A DNA stretch of 20,000 nucleotides, from IMG/VR virus record IMGVR_UViG_3300031669_000019; one strand, given 5' to 3'. The position numbers and the translations under genes were made by a program. Origin of the DNA: an uncultured virus (IMG/VR IMGVR_UViG_3300031669_000019) (Duplodnaviria; Heunggongvirae; Uroviricota; Caudoviricetes). Under the pieces are notes generated by a model. The model was not told the DNA's origin. It ran no database searches and saw only the letters and a list, made by a program, of their open reading frames with translations. Position 1 is the stretch's first letter, and each line of letters opens with the position of its first letter. Below, in pieces: positions 1 to 8,290 of this stretch.

Positions 1-360
1 GTCATAAGTACAAAATGGATCAAGCGCTACTATATGCGTCGGTTCAATTCCGTGATACATCAATGTCAAGGCATGGGAAGTTGTACAAAATATTCCACCT
101 TTCCAATCCTTCAAAAACTGTATAGAATAATCCAGCGATGGCCCTGAACCTAAAATTATTGCTGAAGTTTTATTTACTTTGGGCTCTAGCGAAATATCCC
201 TGGCACGATTGTTTTTTATTGCGTCGATTATTACATGATGATTATATGCAGTATTTATTTCCTCATGGATCAATTGCTTGGCTAAAGTTCCTTGATTATA
301 TTTGGATGAATCGGAACGGATTGTTGCTTCATCCCTTAAAGATTCTTTTATCTCACTCAT
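1..360 (-). CDS. Maf/DUF115-like (motility-associated factor glycosyltransferase / MptE-like) protein, 5' part, runs off window
   Basis: Not in the ORF track. Manual translation from ATG at 360 (ATGA overlap with the upstream stop) is open to position 1: MSEIKESLRDE...AIILGSGPSLDYSIQFLKDWKGGIFCTTSHALTLMYHGIEPTHIVALDP. GSGPSL plus GIxPxxxVxLDP is the DUF115/Maf pattern. Confidence 0.7.
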   Translation of the reverse strand, partial: MSEIKESLRDEATIRSDSSKYNQGTLAKQLIHEEINTAYNHHVIIDAIKNNRARDISLEPKVNKTSAIILGSGPSLDYSIQFLKDWKGGIFCTTSHALTLMYHGIEPTHIVALDPFCTYD

Positions 361-1244
361 AAATCAAAGCCCTCCATTATTTTTTTATCAAGCAATTGTT
401 TACTATTTCCAAATAAAGGCAAGCTATTATTTTCATTTATTTCAACTATTTTTCTAAATTCTCTCGCGTATCTAGTATAAACTTCCATGCCACGGCCTTT
501 TAAAATAAACTCTTCCATAAGCATTTCACATACCCGGAAATAATAATCATAATCAGTTTCAAAACATTGCCATGGTTCTACGGAATAAGCTAATATTTCT
601 TTACGACCATCAAATATTATGGAATCTAAATTAGCGTCAATAGTGGAATCAAATTTTGGTTGGTTTTCCCATATCCGCATTAAATAATCTTTTTTAGCTA
701 TACCCCAACCACCGCATATTTTAGAATGGTTCCAAGATTTATCCGCTATTTTTCTTATAACGTGGTAAGGCACGTTATAATTTGTAGTCATATCCTCAAC
801 ATTTTTAAATATAAAACATTCCCTATCCGGGGACATTGTTGCCATTTCCGGTTCTTTATTTACTAATAGACTATTTATAAATAAAAACGATTTAATCATG
901 TTATCTAAATCATCAACCTTTTTAAGCGGAGAAGTTGGAAGCATAGAAACTATATGATCTGGATTTATATTTTCTTTTTCCAATTCATGAATAGCGTGGG
1001 CAAACGGTACACCAGCCGTGGTATCATTATCCCATACAGGGCGTCGTACCACTTTCGCTCCATATTTAATTCCTATTTCTGCTATTTCATCATCATCCGT
1101 GGTAAGCACCGTCTCGTCTATCAACCGCGAGCAGCGAGATTGCATAATGCTCCACGCAACTAATGGATGGCCGCAAAATATTTTTGCGTTTTTCCTTGGA
1201 AGTCTAATGGAACCGCCACGTGCCGTTATCAATCCTAAAATCAT
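357..1244 (-). CDS. Acylneuraminate (CMP-nonulosonate) cytidylyltransferase family protein, NeuA/PseF-like
   Basis: N-terminal ITARGGSIRLPRKN motif, GHPLVAWSI, TTDDDEI, LPTSPL; RBS AAGGAG upstream. Confidence 0.85.
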   Translation of the reverse strand: MILGLITARGGSIRLPRKNAKIFCGHPLVAWSIMQSRCSRLIDETVLTTDDDEIAEIGIKYGAKVVRRPVWDNDTTAGVPFAHAIHELEKENINPDHIVSMLPTSPLKKVDDLDNMIKSFLFINSLLVNKEPEMATMSPDRECFIFKNVEDMTTNYNVPYHVIRKIADKSWNHSKICGGWGIAKKDYLMRIWENQPKFDSTIDANLDSIIFDGRKEILAYSVEPWQCFETDYDYYFRVCEMLMEEFILKGRGMEVYTRYAREFRKIVEINENNSLPLFGNSKQLLDKKIMEGFDL

Positions 1245-1256
1245 TTTGTACTCCTT

Positions 1257-1592
1257 TTAAATACGTTTTCTATATTTTCCATTTGAATCTACATTGATTA
1301 CTTTCCAGCCTTCTTTATAAATATCCTCAATAAACAATTCATCAAAACGCTCGGCGCGATGAATCCAACAATTATATAGCCAAGCTATTCCTCCATCCTC
1401 CAACGTTATTCTTCCCAATAAAGTTTTTTTATTCAAAGCCAATTTTTTTAATTTTTTAATGCTATTAGGGCATTCATACAACCCATCAAATTTGCCATAA
1501 CCGACAAAATAAATTTTGTGCTTTTTCTCGTCTATTTTATTCAACACTACAGCTACCCGTTCGCCAGGTTCAATTGGATTTACCATATTCAT
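1257..1592 (-). CDS. Hypothetical protein
   Basis: 111-aa ORF, ATGA-coupled to the upstream permease, co-oriented. Confidence 0.7.
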   Translation of the reverse strand: MNMVNPIEPGERVAVVLNKIDEKKHKIYFVGYGKFDGLYECPNSIKKLKKLALNKKTLLGRITLEDGGIAWLYNCWIHRAERFDELFIEDIYKEGWKVINVDSNGKYRKRI

Positions 1593-2401
1593 TCTTTTAT
1601 TGCTCCACCAATACTATCTATGAAATATTTATTTGCCAAAATAAAAATAATCAATAATGGAATTAATAAAATCACGCCAACGGCTAACGTTCTACCAATT
1701 GGATTTACACCCCGATCACCACCGCCGCGAAGCATAGCGAACCGCATTAATCCAACTAATAATGTTTGCCGCTCCGGTATTTGTAAAACTAACGCCTGCC
1801 AAATATAATCTTGTAAAGCGCTAATAGCAGCGAATACCGATAATACGGCAATAATAGGTTTAGATATTGGCATTACTATTTTTCTTAGTACTAAAAATTC
1901 CGAAGCACCGTCAAGCCGCGCCGATTCCAACAACGATATAGGCACAGTTTCAAAATAATTCCTAGCTAAATATAATCCGATAGGGGAAAAAACTATTGGC
2001 AATATCGTAGCTAATAACGTTCCAGACAAACCTAATTTTTTTATTACTACATATAAAGGAATTATAAACGATATACGCGGAACCATTAAACCTAATAATA
2101 AGCAGCCCCATAATAGTTTTTTAAATCTAAATTTATAAAAAGCAAAAACATATCCGCCACAACTGGAAATAAATACTGATAATATTACCGTAGAAACCGT
2201 AACTATTATTGAATTTCCTAGCCACCGAACAAAATCCAATTTAAATATTGTTTGATAATTATATAAAGTACTATTAGTAGGAATCAATTGTGGCGGCATT
2301 TTCATTACGCCGTGGGTATCTTGAAATGAACCTATAACCATAAAATAAATAGGTAGCATCATTATAATAAAAAATAATATTAGAAATATTTTTTTAATCA
2401 T
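1589..2401 (-). CDS. Carbohydrate ABC transporter permease (MalG/UgpE-like)
   Basis: Several hydrophobic segments, EAA loop LLESARLDGASEF, GYVFAFYKFRFK. Confidence 0.92.
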   Translation of the reverse strand: MIKKIFLILFFIIMMLPIYFMVIGSFQDTHGVMKMPPQLIPTNSTLYNYQTIFKLDFVRWLGNSIIVTVSTVILSVFISSCGGYVFAFYKFRFKKLLWGCLLLGLMVPRISFIIPLYVVIKKLGLSGTLLATILPIVFSPIGLYLARNYFETVPISLLESARLDGASEFLVLRKIVMPISKPIIAVLSVFAAISALQDYIWQALVLQIPERQTLLVGLMRFAMLRGGGDRGVNPIGRTLAVGVILLIPLLIIFILANKYFIDSIGGAIKE

Positions 2402-2825
2402 CGCTACTACTAATAAAAAAATTAGGAAATATGCCCATATATTTTTCTACAAAACAAGAAAAATTTTGAATAACAGCCCTGGGATCAACCTTATCCAAAT
2501 CTATTTTATATAAATCATTGTAGCGCCAATCTCCCTTTTTATACCATTCTTCATTTTTTGATAAAGCGAAAGTTTTATCTTGTAATTTTTGATCTGGATC
2601 GCTTGAAGCTAAAAAACCTTGCACTAAGCAATCGCATAAATCACGCATCGTTATGCCTTTTACTTCTTGCGCGCCGCGCTGACCAGAATCAGTCCACGGT
2701 TGCCCATTATAAGGGCGCTCCCTAGAATTATCCCAAGATGTACTGCCATCTATAGCATCTAATTCAAATTCTAATTTTTTAATTAAGTCTTTATCATTAC
2801 CATCTAACATTGGAATTTCGTTCAT
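2394..2825 (-). CDS. Hypothetical soluble protein lying between the two permease genes
   Basis: 143-aa ORF overlapping both neighbours; hydrophilic; no Walker motifs. Confidence 0.75.
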   Translation of the reverse strand: MNEIPMLDGNDKDLIKKLEFELDAIDGSTSWDNSRERPYNGQPWTDSGQRGAQEVKGITMRDLCDCLVQGFLASSDPDQKLQDKTFALSKNEEWYKKGDWRYNDLYKIDLDKVDPRAVIQNFSCFVEKYMGIFPNFFISSSDD

Positions 2826-3640
2826 TTTTCCACCTTCTTTTTTATCAACGATAATACCAAAATTATAATTAATAGTATAACCGCTTCTGCCGAGGCGATT
2901 CCATATTTACTAAACATAAAACCTGTTTGATATATTTTAAACGTAATAGTAGTGGCAAACGTTTGTGGCGCCAACGCATATATATTCTCGAAAATTTGGA
3001 AAGCATTTATAGCCGATAATAAACCAATCAAAACAATTACTGGGGATATTATCGGAACTATTATTTGCCATTTTATTTGATGCTCACTTGCTCCATCAAT
3101 CATAGCCGCTTCCAAAATTCCTTTATCGATTGACAATATAGCCGCCAATAAAATAATCAAATTTGAACCAAAAGAGGAAAAAATAACAATAAATGAAATT
3201 ATTGGAATAGCCGTTATGCCTTGTGCAAACCAATTTACAGCTTCTATATTGAATATTGATAACAACCAATTGATTGGTCCATCAATATGAAAAATCCATT
3301 TCCAAGAACCGGCAATTATTATGCCTGCCGATAAAACCGGAACATATAAAATAATCCTGGAAATATCTTGCCAGCGTTTATTTAAAGAATAAATAGAAAG
3401 TGCCGTAAACAACGCGGCTAGTATTTGACCAGGAACCAATATCAGCGCATAAAAAATACTATTTATTATCGATTGTAAAAAATCTGGATCAGTCAAAGCA
3501 TATATATAATTATCCAACCCAACAAATTTAGTCGTGATGAAATTAGTTTTATATAAAGAAAGCTTTACCACTTCTGCCAATGGCCAAATCGTGAACATTC
3601 CATAGAATCCGACCACCAACAGAAGCAGTAAATTTTTCAT
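2822..3640 (-). CDS. Carbohydrate ABC transporter permease (MalF/UgpA-like)
   Basis: FVGLDNY motif, EAA loop ILEAAMIDGASEHQ, YGIASA, transmembrane segments. Confidence 0.92.
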   Translation of the reverse strand: MKNLLLLLVVGFYGMFTIWPLAEVVKLSLYKTNFITTKFVGLDNYIYALTDPDFLQSIINSIFYALILVPGQILAALFTALSIYSLNKRWQDISRIILYVPVLSAGIIIAGSWKWIFHIDGPINWLLSIFNIEAVNWFAQGITAIPIISFIVIFSSFGSNLIILLAAILSIDKGILEAAMIDGASEHQIKWQIIVPIISPVIVLIGLLSAINAFQIFENIYALAPQTFATTITFKIYQTGFMFSKYGIASAEAVILLIIILVLSLIKKKVEK

Positions 3641-3646
3641 CTTACT

Positions 3647-4096
3647 TTAAAAAACCATTTCAGCCGTTATTGTTATCGGACTCGAATTATCAGCAAGTCC
3701 GGCAAAATCATACTCGACTGTAATGGTTGTAAACGGGAGCCCATTGACAACCAGCGCCGCAGGAAGCGTAAAAGCAAATATATCAATAAAATTAAACGTT
3801 GGCGTCACATAAATTTCCAGCGGGCCAACTACATAATCGACCTTCTGCGAAATAGATGCAGAAAGCAGTTCCGGGAGAAGAACATCCAGCGAAGCGTCTA
3901 TTGTGGTAACAGTAGTAAACGCCCCAAGCGTCAACGTTGCGCTAGCATTGGGATTTGCTTCAAACGTTACCAGTCCACCATCAGGTTCAACAGTCGCGAC
4001 ATACGTGGAATCACTGGCAAAAACCATGCCATCATCGGCAAAAGCAATTGCTCCCATTGAAAGCATTACGCACATGACAAACAGAAATTTCTTCAT
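3647..4096 (-). CDS. Secreted protein, possible small outer-membrane beta-barrel
   Basis: Signal peptide MKKFLFVMCVMLSMGAIAFA, beta-strand-like alternating residues, C-terminal Phe (ITITAEMVF); RBS AAGGAG. Confidence 0.55.
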   Translation of the reverse strand: MKKFLFVMCVMLSMGAIAFADDGMVFASDSTYVATVEPDGGLVTFEANPNASATLTLGAFTTVTTIDASLDVLLPELLSASISQKVDYVVGPLEIYVTPTFNFIDIFAFTLPAALVVNGLPFTTITVEYDFAGLADNSSPITITAEMVF

Positions 4097-4117
4097 ACAA
4101 ACTCCTTGAAAATTTTG

Positions 4118-4346
4118 TATTACGGCCTACGGCCTTATAATTACTTTATCAACTTCTTGATCTGCTTCAGCTGAACCTCGTCAGCCTTGCCAATCAGCTT
4201 CATTTTTCCCTCGCCATCAAGCGTGTATAGTGAAACAATTTCACCGTTTGTAGGCTCGGGTGCTTCTTTTACAACAACATCAGTTTTCTTCATGTAAATT
4301 CCTTAGAAAGAATATATTACAGCCCTACGGCTTTATAATTACTTTA
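4118..4346 (-). repeat. Imperfect ~31-nt direct repeat (4118-4148 and 4315-4346), each with a small GC hairpin just after a stop codon
   Basis: tattacggcctacggccttataattacttta versus tattacagccctacggctttataattacttta. Confidence 0.7.
4141..4293 (-). CDS. Small hypothetical protein (50 aa)
   Basis: Manual translation MKKTDVVVKEAPEPTNGEIVSLYTLDGEGKMKLIGKADEVQLKQIKKLIK; RBS-like AAGGA upstream; below the ORF-track cutoff. Confidence 0.6.
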   Translation of the reverse strand: MKKTDVVVKEAPEPTNGEIVSLYTLDGEGKMKLIGKADEVQLKQIKKLIK

Positions 4347-5601
4347 CCGCTGAGAGCTTTTTCTGATATAATTTAATCGCATCTTCTGGTGTCATCTTGA
4401 AATTCAGTACCTGCTGAAGAATTGGGAACTGCAAAGCACGGCGCTCTGTAAATCGAGGATCTGTAATGCCAACATCCTGCAAACCGTTAGCAGCTACAAT
4501 TGCCATGATCTCCTTGGTATGAGGATCGCTCGGGCCATAAATTGCATCAGAACGATTCGGAATAACGGAAACCAGTTTTGCCAATTCACCCTGAATCCGC
4601 GCTCCATTCATATACTCAACCAATCGTGCAGTGACAATATCTTTTTCCGTGCCGCTATTATAAACAACCATAGCACCATTGGTATAATAAGTCGGAACCT
4701 TTTTAACTCCGGGTGTGCGTGGAAATGGCACAAACGTATAATTGAATGGCTTCTCAATCTGTTTCTGCGTAATAGCGGATTTGAAATATGGCCCTGTCCA
4801 ATCCTGGAAAAAAGCCGTTGCCGCCAAATTACCGGACTGCCACAAAACTGCGTAATCATCATCGGTGAGTGTAGCCGATGATGCAGGAATATACCCGGCT
4901 TTCATCAACTGCTGGAAAAAACTGTATACCTGCGCTCCGCCAGTATCGGCAATCACTGATTTGTCATACCCGGCGCCAGGTTTATAAAAACTAACACCAA
5001 ATGATGCAAACCACGCATTGATAAGATAATCCCCTGACTGATTGGCAGCGAACATTCCGGTGGCGTATTTCTTCCCACCATAAAATTTCTTTACCTTTTC
5101 TGCCATAACCAAGAAATCATCAACGGTCCAATCCTTCGGAACAGTATATTCTATTTCCGTCATCATATCGAGATTCACCAGCATCGCTTGTGCAGAACCT
5201 GGGCCGGGCATAGCTAGAAGCTTCCCATCCTTGCGGTAAGCATCAAATACACCAGGATTGTATTTTGATAAATCCCTTATATATTTATCAAGCGGCAAAG
5301 CATATTCTGGAATTATATATTTGCTAGCGCGGACCATCGAGTCAATATATAGATTCGGAGCGGTACCGGCAGCAAGCATAGCGTCCATCGTCAAGGTAGA
5401 ACCATCGGATAAATCTACTTTTGCCCAAGTAATTTTTACATCGGGGAAATCCTTTTTGAGCATGGTTTCCGCAATGGTAAAAAGCGTAGTATCACCTAGT
5501 ACAGTATCACCCGTATGGAGCACAGTTATTGAAACCGGCTCCGCGAAAGAACTGAAAATAGTACACGCAATCATCAGCATGAACATCAGAAATTTCTTCA
5601 T
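4339..5601 (-). CDS. ABC transporter extracellular solute-binding protein (family 1, sugar-type)
   Basis: Signal peptide, 420 aa, LAAGTAPNL, ALPLDKYI, DGKLLAMP, WTVDDF motifs; next to sugar permeases; RBS AGGAGG. Confidence 0.88.
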   Translation of the reverse strand: MKKFLMFMLMIACTIFSSFAEPVSITVLHTGDTVLGDTTLFTIAETMLKKDFPDVKITWAKVDLSDGSTLTMDAMLAAGTAPNLYIDSMVRASKYIIPEYALPLDKYIRDLSKYNPGVFDAYRKDGKLLAMPGPGSAQAMLVNLDMMTEIEYTVPKDWTVDDFLVMAEKVKKFYGGKKYATGMFAANQSGDYLINAWFASFGVSFYKPGAGYDKSVIADTGGAQVYSFFQQLMKAGYIPASSATLTDDDYAVLWQSGNLAATAFFQDWTGPYFKSAITQKQIEKPFNYTFVPFPRTPGVKKVPTYYTNGAMVVYNSGTEKDIVTARLVEYMNGARIQGELAKLVSVIPNRSDAIYGPSDPHTKEIMAIVAANGLQDVGITDPRFTERRALQFPILQQVLNFKMTPEDAIKLYQKKLSAVK

Positions 5602-5855
5602 ACAATAACCTCCTGATTTTCCTTTACAAATTTACCACCCGAAATAATATTGATATAAACCGACTCATCACCAAAATACTTGTTCTTACTGACATAATCG
5701 CCAACAAAAGCGATCTCGTTGGCAATCAAAATAGCATGTCCATATCCAGAAACTTCTACCGCTTTGCCCCGCGCCCACGAAGCAATATCATCAATATTAT
5801 CTTCATGAATACAACGTGCTTCAAATAAAGCATCCTTGTTGCAATACATTGGCAT
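5598..5855 (-). CDS. Hypothetical phage-type protein
   Basis: 85 aa, strong RBS AAGGAGG, coupled to the binding-protein gene. Confidence 0.7.
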   Translation of the reverse strand: MPMYCNKDALFEARCIHEDNIDDIASWARGKAVEVSGYGHAILIANEIAFVGDYVSKNKYFGDESVYINIISGGKFVKENQEVIV

Positions 5856-5874
5856 ACAAAATCCTCCTTGTTAT

Positions 5875-5973
5875 TTAGTGGACTATGGCAAATAAAATAA
5901 GCATATAAACAGCACCGAAAAGAAAGCCAATAAAAAATTTATTTTTTTGATCTGGCGTCCAATAGCTTTTCAT
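5875..5973 (-). CDS. Small membrane peptide (32 aa)
   Basis: Manual translation MKSYWTPDQKNKFFIGFLFGAVYMLILFAIVH; ATGA overlap with the upstream stop; fills the gap. Confidence 0.45.
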   Translation of the reverse strand: MKSYWTPDQKNKFFIGFLFGAVYMLILFAIVH

Positions 5974-6599
5974 TCACTGCTCCTTTCTACAACTTTGGAA
6001 ATGCCAGTAGCTTTATTTTGTGAAACTTCAAATATTTTATCCGCTATGGAAATTATTTCATCATTGTTTACCGAATTAGAACTGATTATAAATTGTAAAT
6101 TCAATTTTTTAGACAAGCGCTTTATTATTTCAAATCCACGCATCTGCAATTCTTTTGGTTGTAGCCATTTCAACGGCTCATCCAATATCAGAACGTTATC
6201 GGTATGCCCGAGACTCCATGCTGATATGCGCAACGCGAAAGCGGCCAAATCAATAAACCCACCCCCGCTTCCAGTCATTGGATCAATTTCAATTCCATTC
6301 TTGAAAAACAACAATTGTGCTTCCGTCCGCCCGTATTTTATTTTGAAATCAATGTCAAACGTATAAATATCTGGGAAGCAAGTATCAAGCGCCAACTGCA
6401 CCAAATCAATTATATTGAATTTCAACTGCTCTTGTGTATCCTTGGCAACCATTTGAATAAATGTTTGAGCCTCTTCCAACGCAATAGTACGTTTAGACAA
6501 CTTAACAAGCTGCACATCCAGATTTGCTTTTTGTTCTTGTAAAGTTTCAACTTTTCCTTTCAATTTATTCAAACGATCTTTATATATTTGTACGCTCAT
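5970..6599 (-). CDS. SbcC/Rad50-like ATPase, C-terminal half (coiled coil, signature, Walker B)
   Basis: N-terminal coiled coil, GSGGG signature-like motif, VLILDEP Walker B, IISSN at the H-loop position; no Walker A. Confidence 0.8.
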   Translation of the reverse strand: MSVQIYKDRLNKLKGKVETLQEQKANLDVQLVKLSKRTIALEEAQTFIQMVAKDTQEQLKFNIIDLVQLALDTCFPDIYTFDIDFKIKYGRTEAQLLFFKNGIEIDPMTGSGGGFIDLAAFALRISAWSLGHTDNVLILDEPLKWLQPKELQMRGFEIIKRLSKKLNLQFIISSNSVNNDEIISIADKIFEVSQNKATGISKVVERSSE

Positions 6600-6841
6600 T
6601 CAACATCATCCCAATCCGTTATTTTTTCCAACGTGTTATATAATTTTTCGAGCTTCTTTTTATCCTCTTCAATTCCAGATTCTAATTCAGTTACTTTTTC
6701 GCTTGCCTCTTCAATAGAATTTATGCCATAATCGCGTTTCCATTGCTCTTCTATTTTAGCCTTTGCACCTTCGGCGCGGGCTTTCTTTTCTTTGGCGGTT
6801 TCTATTTTTTCCTTGATTGCCTGGAATTCTCTGGGTGTCAT
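6596..6841 (-). CDS. Small coiled-coil protein (likely start MTPREFQ at 6841)
   Basis: RBS GGAG before ATG at 6841; Glu/Lys-rich heptads. Confidence 0.7.
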   Translation of the reverse strand: MTPREFQAIKEKIETAKEKKARAEGAKAKIEEQWKRDYGINSIEEASEKVTELESGIEEDKKKLEKLYNTLEKITDWDDVE

Positions 6842-7038
6842 TTTACAATCTCCATAATAGATGACTTGGCACAATTTTTACAAACAAGCCTATGCTTGTT
6901 TCCAATAAATATTCTACCACAAATAGTGCACTTACAATGATAATTTCCATTTTCTTGTTTTGTGTCTTCTTCCCAATCATATTTAGAATAGAAAGTTTCA
7001 AAAGGGCTAATTATTACTTGTGATTCTCTGGGTGTCAT
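6838..7038 (-). CDS. Small Cys-rich (zinc-finger-like) protein (likely start MTPRESQ at 7038)
   Basis: CxCxxC...CxxC pattern; RBS GGGAG before ATG at 7038. Confidence 0.6.
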   Translation of the reverse strand: MTPRESQVIISPFETFYSKYDWEEDTKQENGNYHCKCTICGRIFIGNKHRLVCKNCAKSSIMEIVK

Positions 7039-7040
7039 AA

Positions 7041-7235
7041 TTATTTTCTCCCATATATAATCAATATAATACCAGAACTTATCGGCCAAAATACAATGCA
7101 AAACAATAAAATAATAATTAAACTGACATCTTTTTTAACAAGTTTGAATCTGGCATCAACCAGGATAGCTCCAAAAATGATTCCGGCAATAAAAAAATAT
7201 GTGCTGAATATACAAATCCATATGGAATTACTCAT
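7041..7235 (-). CDS. Small two-TM membrane protein
   Basis: Two hydrophobic segments, overlapping start/stop with its neighbour. Confidence 0.6.
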   Translation of the reverse strand: MSNSIWICIFSTYFFIAGIIFGAILVDARFKLVKKDVSLIIILLFCIVFWPISSGIILIIYGRK

Positions 7236-7410
7236 CTGCTTTTATCTCTTTGTCGATTATCCGCAATACGTCATCTATGAACATTATTTTTCCGGTTTTA
7301 TCCAATTGAAATAAATCGGTATCTTTATTAAAAGAATATCTGTCAGCTTCATTTATTTTTTTAATGAGTTTTTTTGCTTTTATATACTTGCTTTTTGCTA
7401 CGTCATTCAT
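7228..7410 (-). CDS. Hypothetical protein
   Basis: 60 aa, overlaps both neighbours, RBS GGAG. Confidence 0.6.
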   Translation of the reverse strand: MNDVAKSKYIKAKKLIKKINEADRYSFNKDTDLFQLDKTGKIMFIDDVLRIIDKEIKADE

Positions 7411-8290
7411 TTGAATTCTCCATCAATTCCCGTATTTCTTTTATCGTAGCCTTGCTCAAATTATTGTTTTTTTCCAAAGCCACATTTATATTGTCAATAA
7501 ACGACAAACTTATTTTTCCGCTTTTCTTCACGCCTTCCACAAATGCTCCAACTCTATTCTCTCGCTCTTCCTCTATTTTTATATAGCTATCATCTACCAA
7601 TTTTATATTGACATCCGGCAATTCTATTTCTTCAACAATATTCTTTTCCGTGTCTACATAATATATTATAGGTTTGTAATCGATGAAATCCGAAGCCTGC
7701 CTGATAATACAACCGGGATTTACAACGTGCCGCCCTTTTTTCTCGTAATGGAAATGCTTGTGCATATCGCCAGTAAAGATCCATTTGGCGTTTGGGAATT
7801 CATTCAACAAATCTTGCGCCGTGCAAGCCTTCACATTCGGTGGCAACGATTTCAAATTCTCGAACACCAACCGGTGAAGAAATTGTATTTCTTGATCAGG
7901 ACTTTCTGGCTCTTCATTAAAATGCGCCCAAGAACCTAAATCATCAAAATATTTTATCTTGTCACCAATGATTGAATTAACTATTCCAAACGATGAACTA
8001 TTAACATTCTCCCACGAATGATATGGCAAATCATGGTTGCCAGCCAAAAGCCTTACGCCTTTTTTGACTTGCAACATATAGCGCAAAAACATGGCAGTAA
8101 TATAATTAGGAACATTAGGACTTTCTTTCCCAAATACATCGCCAATTATACTCAACAAACAATTTCTTTTATTTGCTTCTTCAACAATAAATTTAATGGT
8201 TGCTTCCTGAAATCCCAACCAATCGTCATCGATTCGACAGCGTGGTCTATCCGGCCTTAAATGTAGATCGGCAGTTATTATACTTTTCAT
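7403..8290 (-). CDS. SbcD/Mre11-like metallophosphoesterase nuclease
   Basis: ADLHL, GDVF, GNHD, H, GDMHKH, NPG motifs of the calcineurin-like phosphoesterase fold; adjacent to the SbcC-like ATPase. Confidence 0.9.
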   Translation of the reverse strand: MKSIITADLHLRPDRPRCRIDDDWLGFQEATIKFIVEEANKRNCLLSIIGDVFGKESPNVPNYITAMFLRYMLQVKKGVRLLAGNHDLPYHSWENVNSSSFGIVNSIIGDKIKYFDDLGSWAHFNEEPESPDQEIQFLHRLVFENLKSLPPNVKACTAQDLLNEFPNAKWIFTGDMHKHFHYEKKGRHVVNPGCIIRQASDFIDYKPIIYYVDTEKNIVEEIELPDVNIKLVDDSYIKIEEERENRVGAFVEGVKKSGKISLSFIDNINVALEKNNNLSKATIKEIRELMENSNE

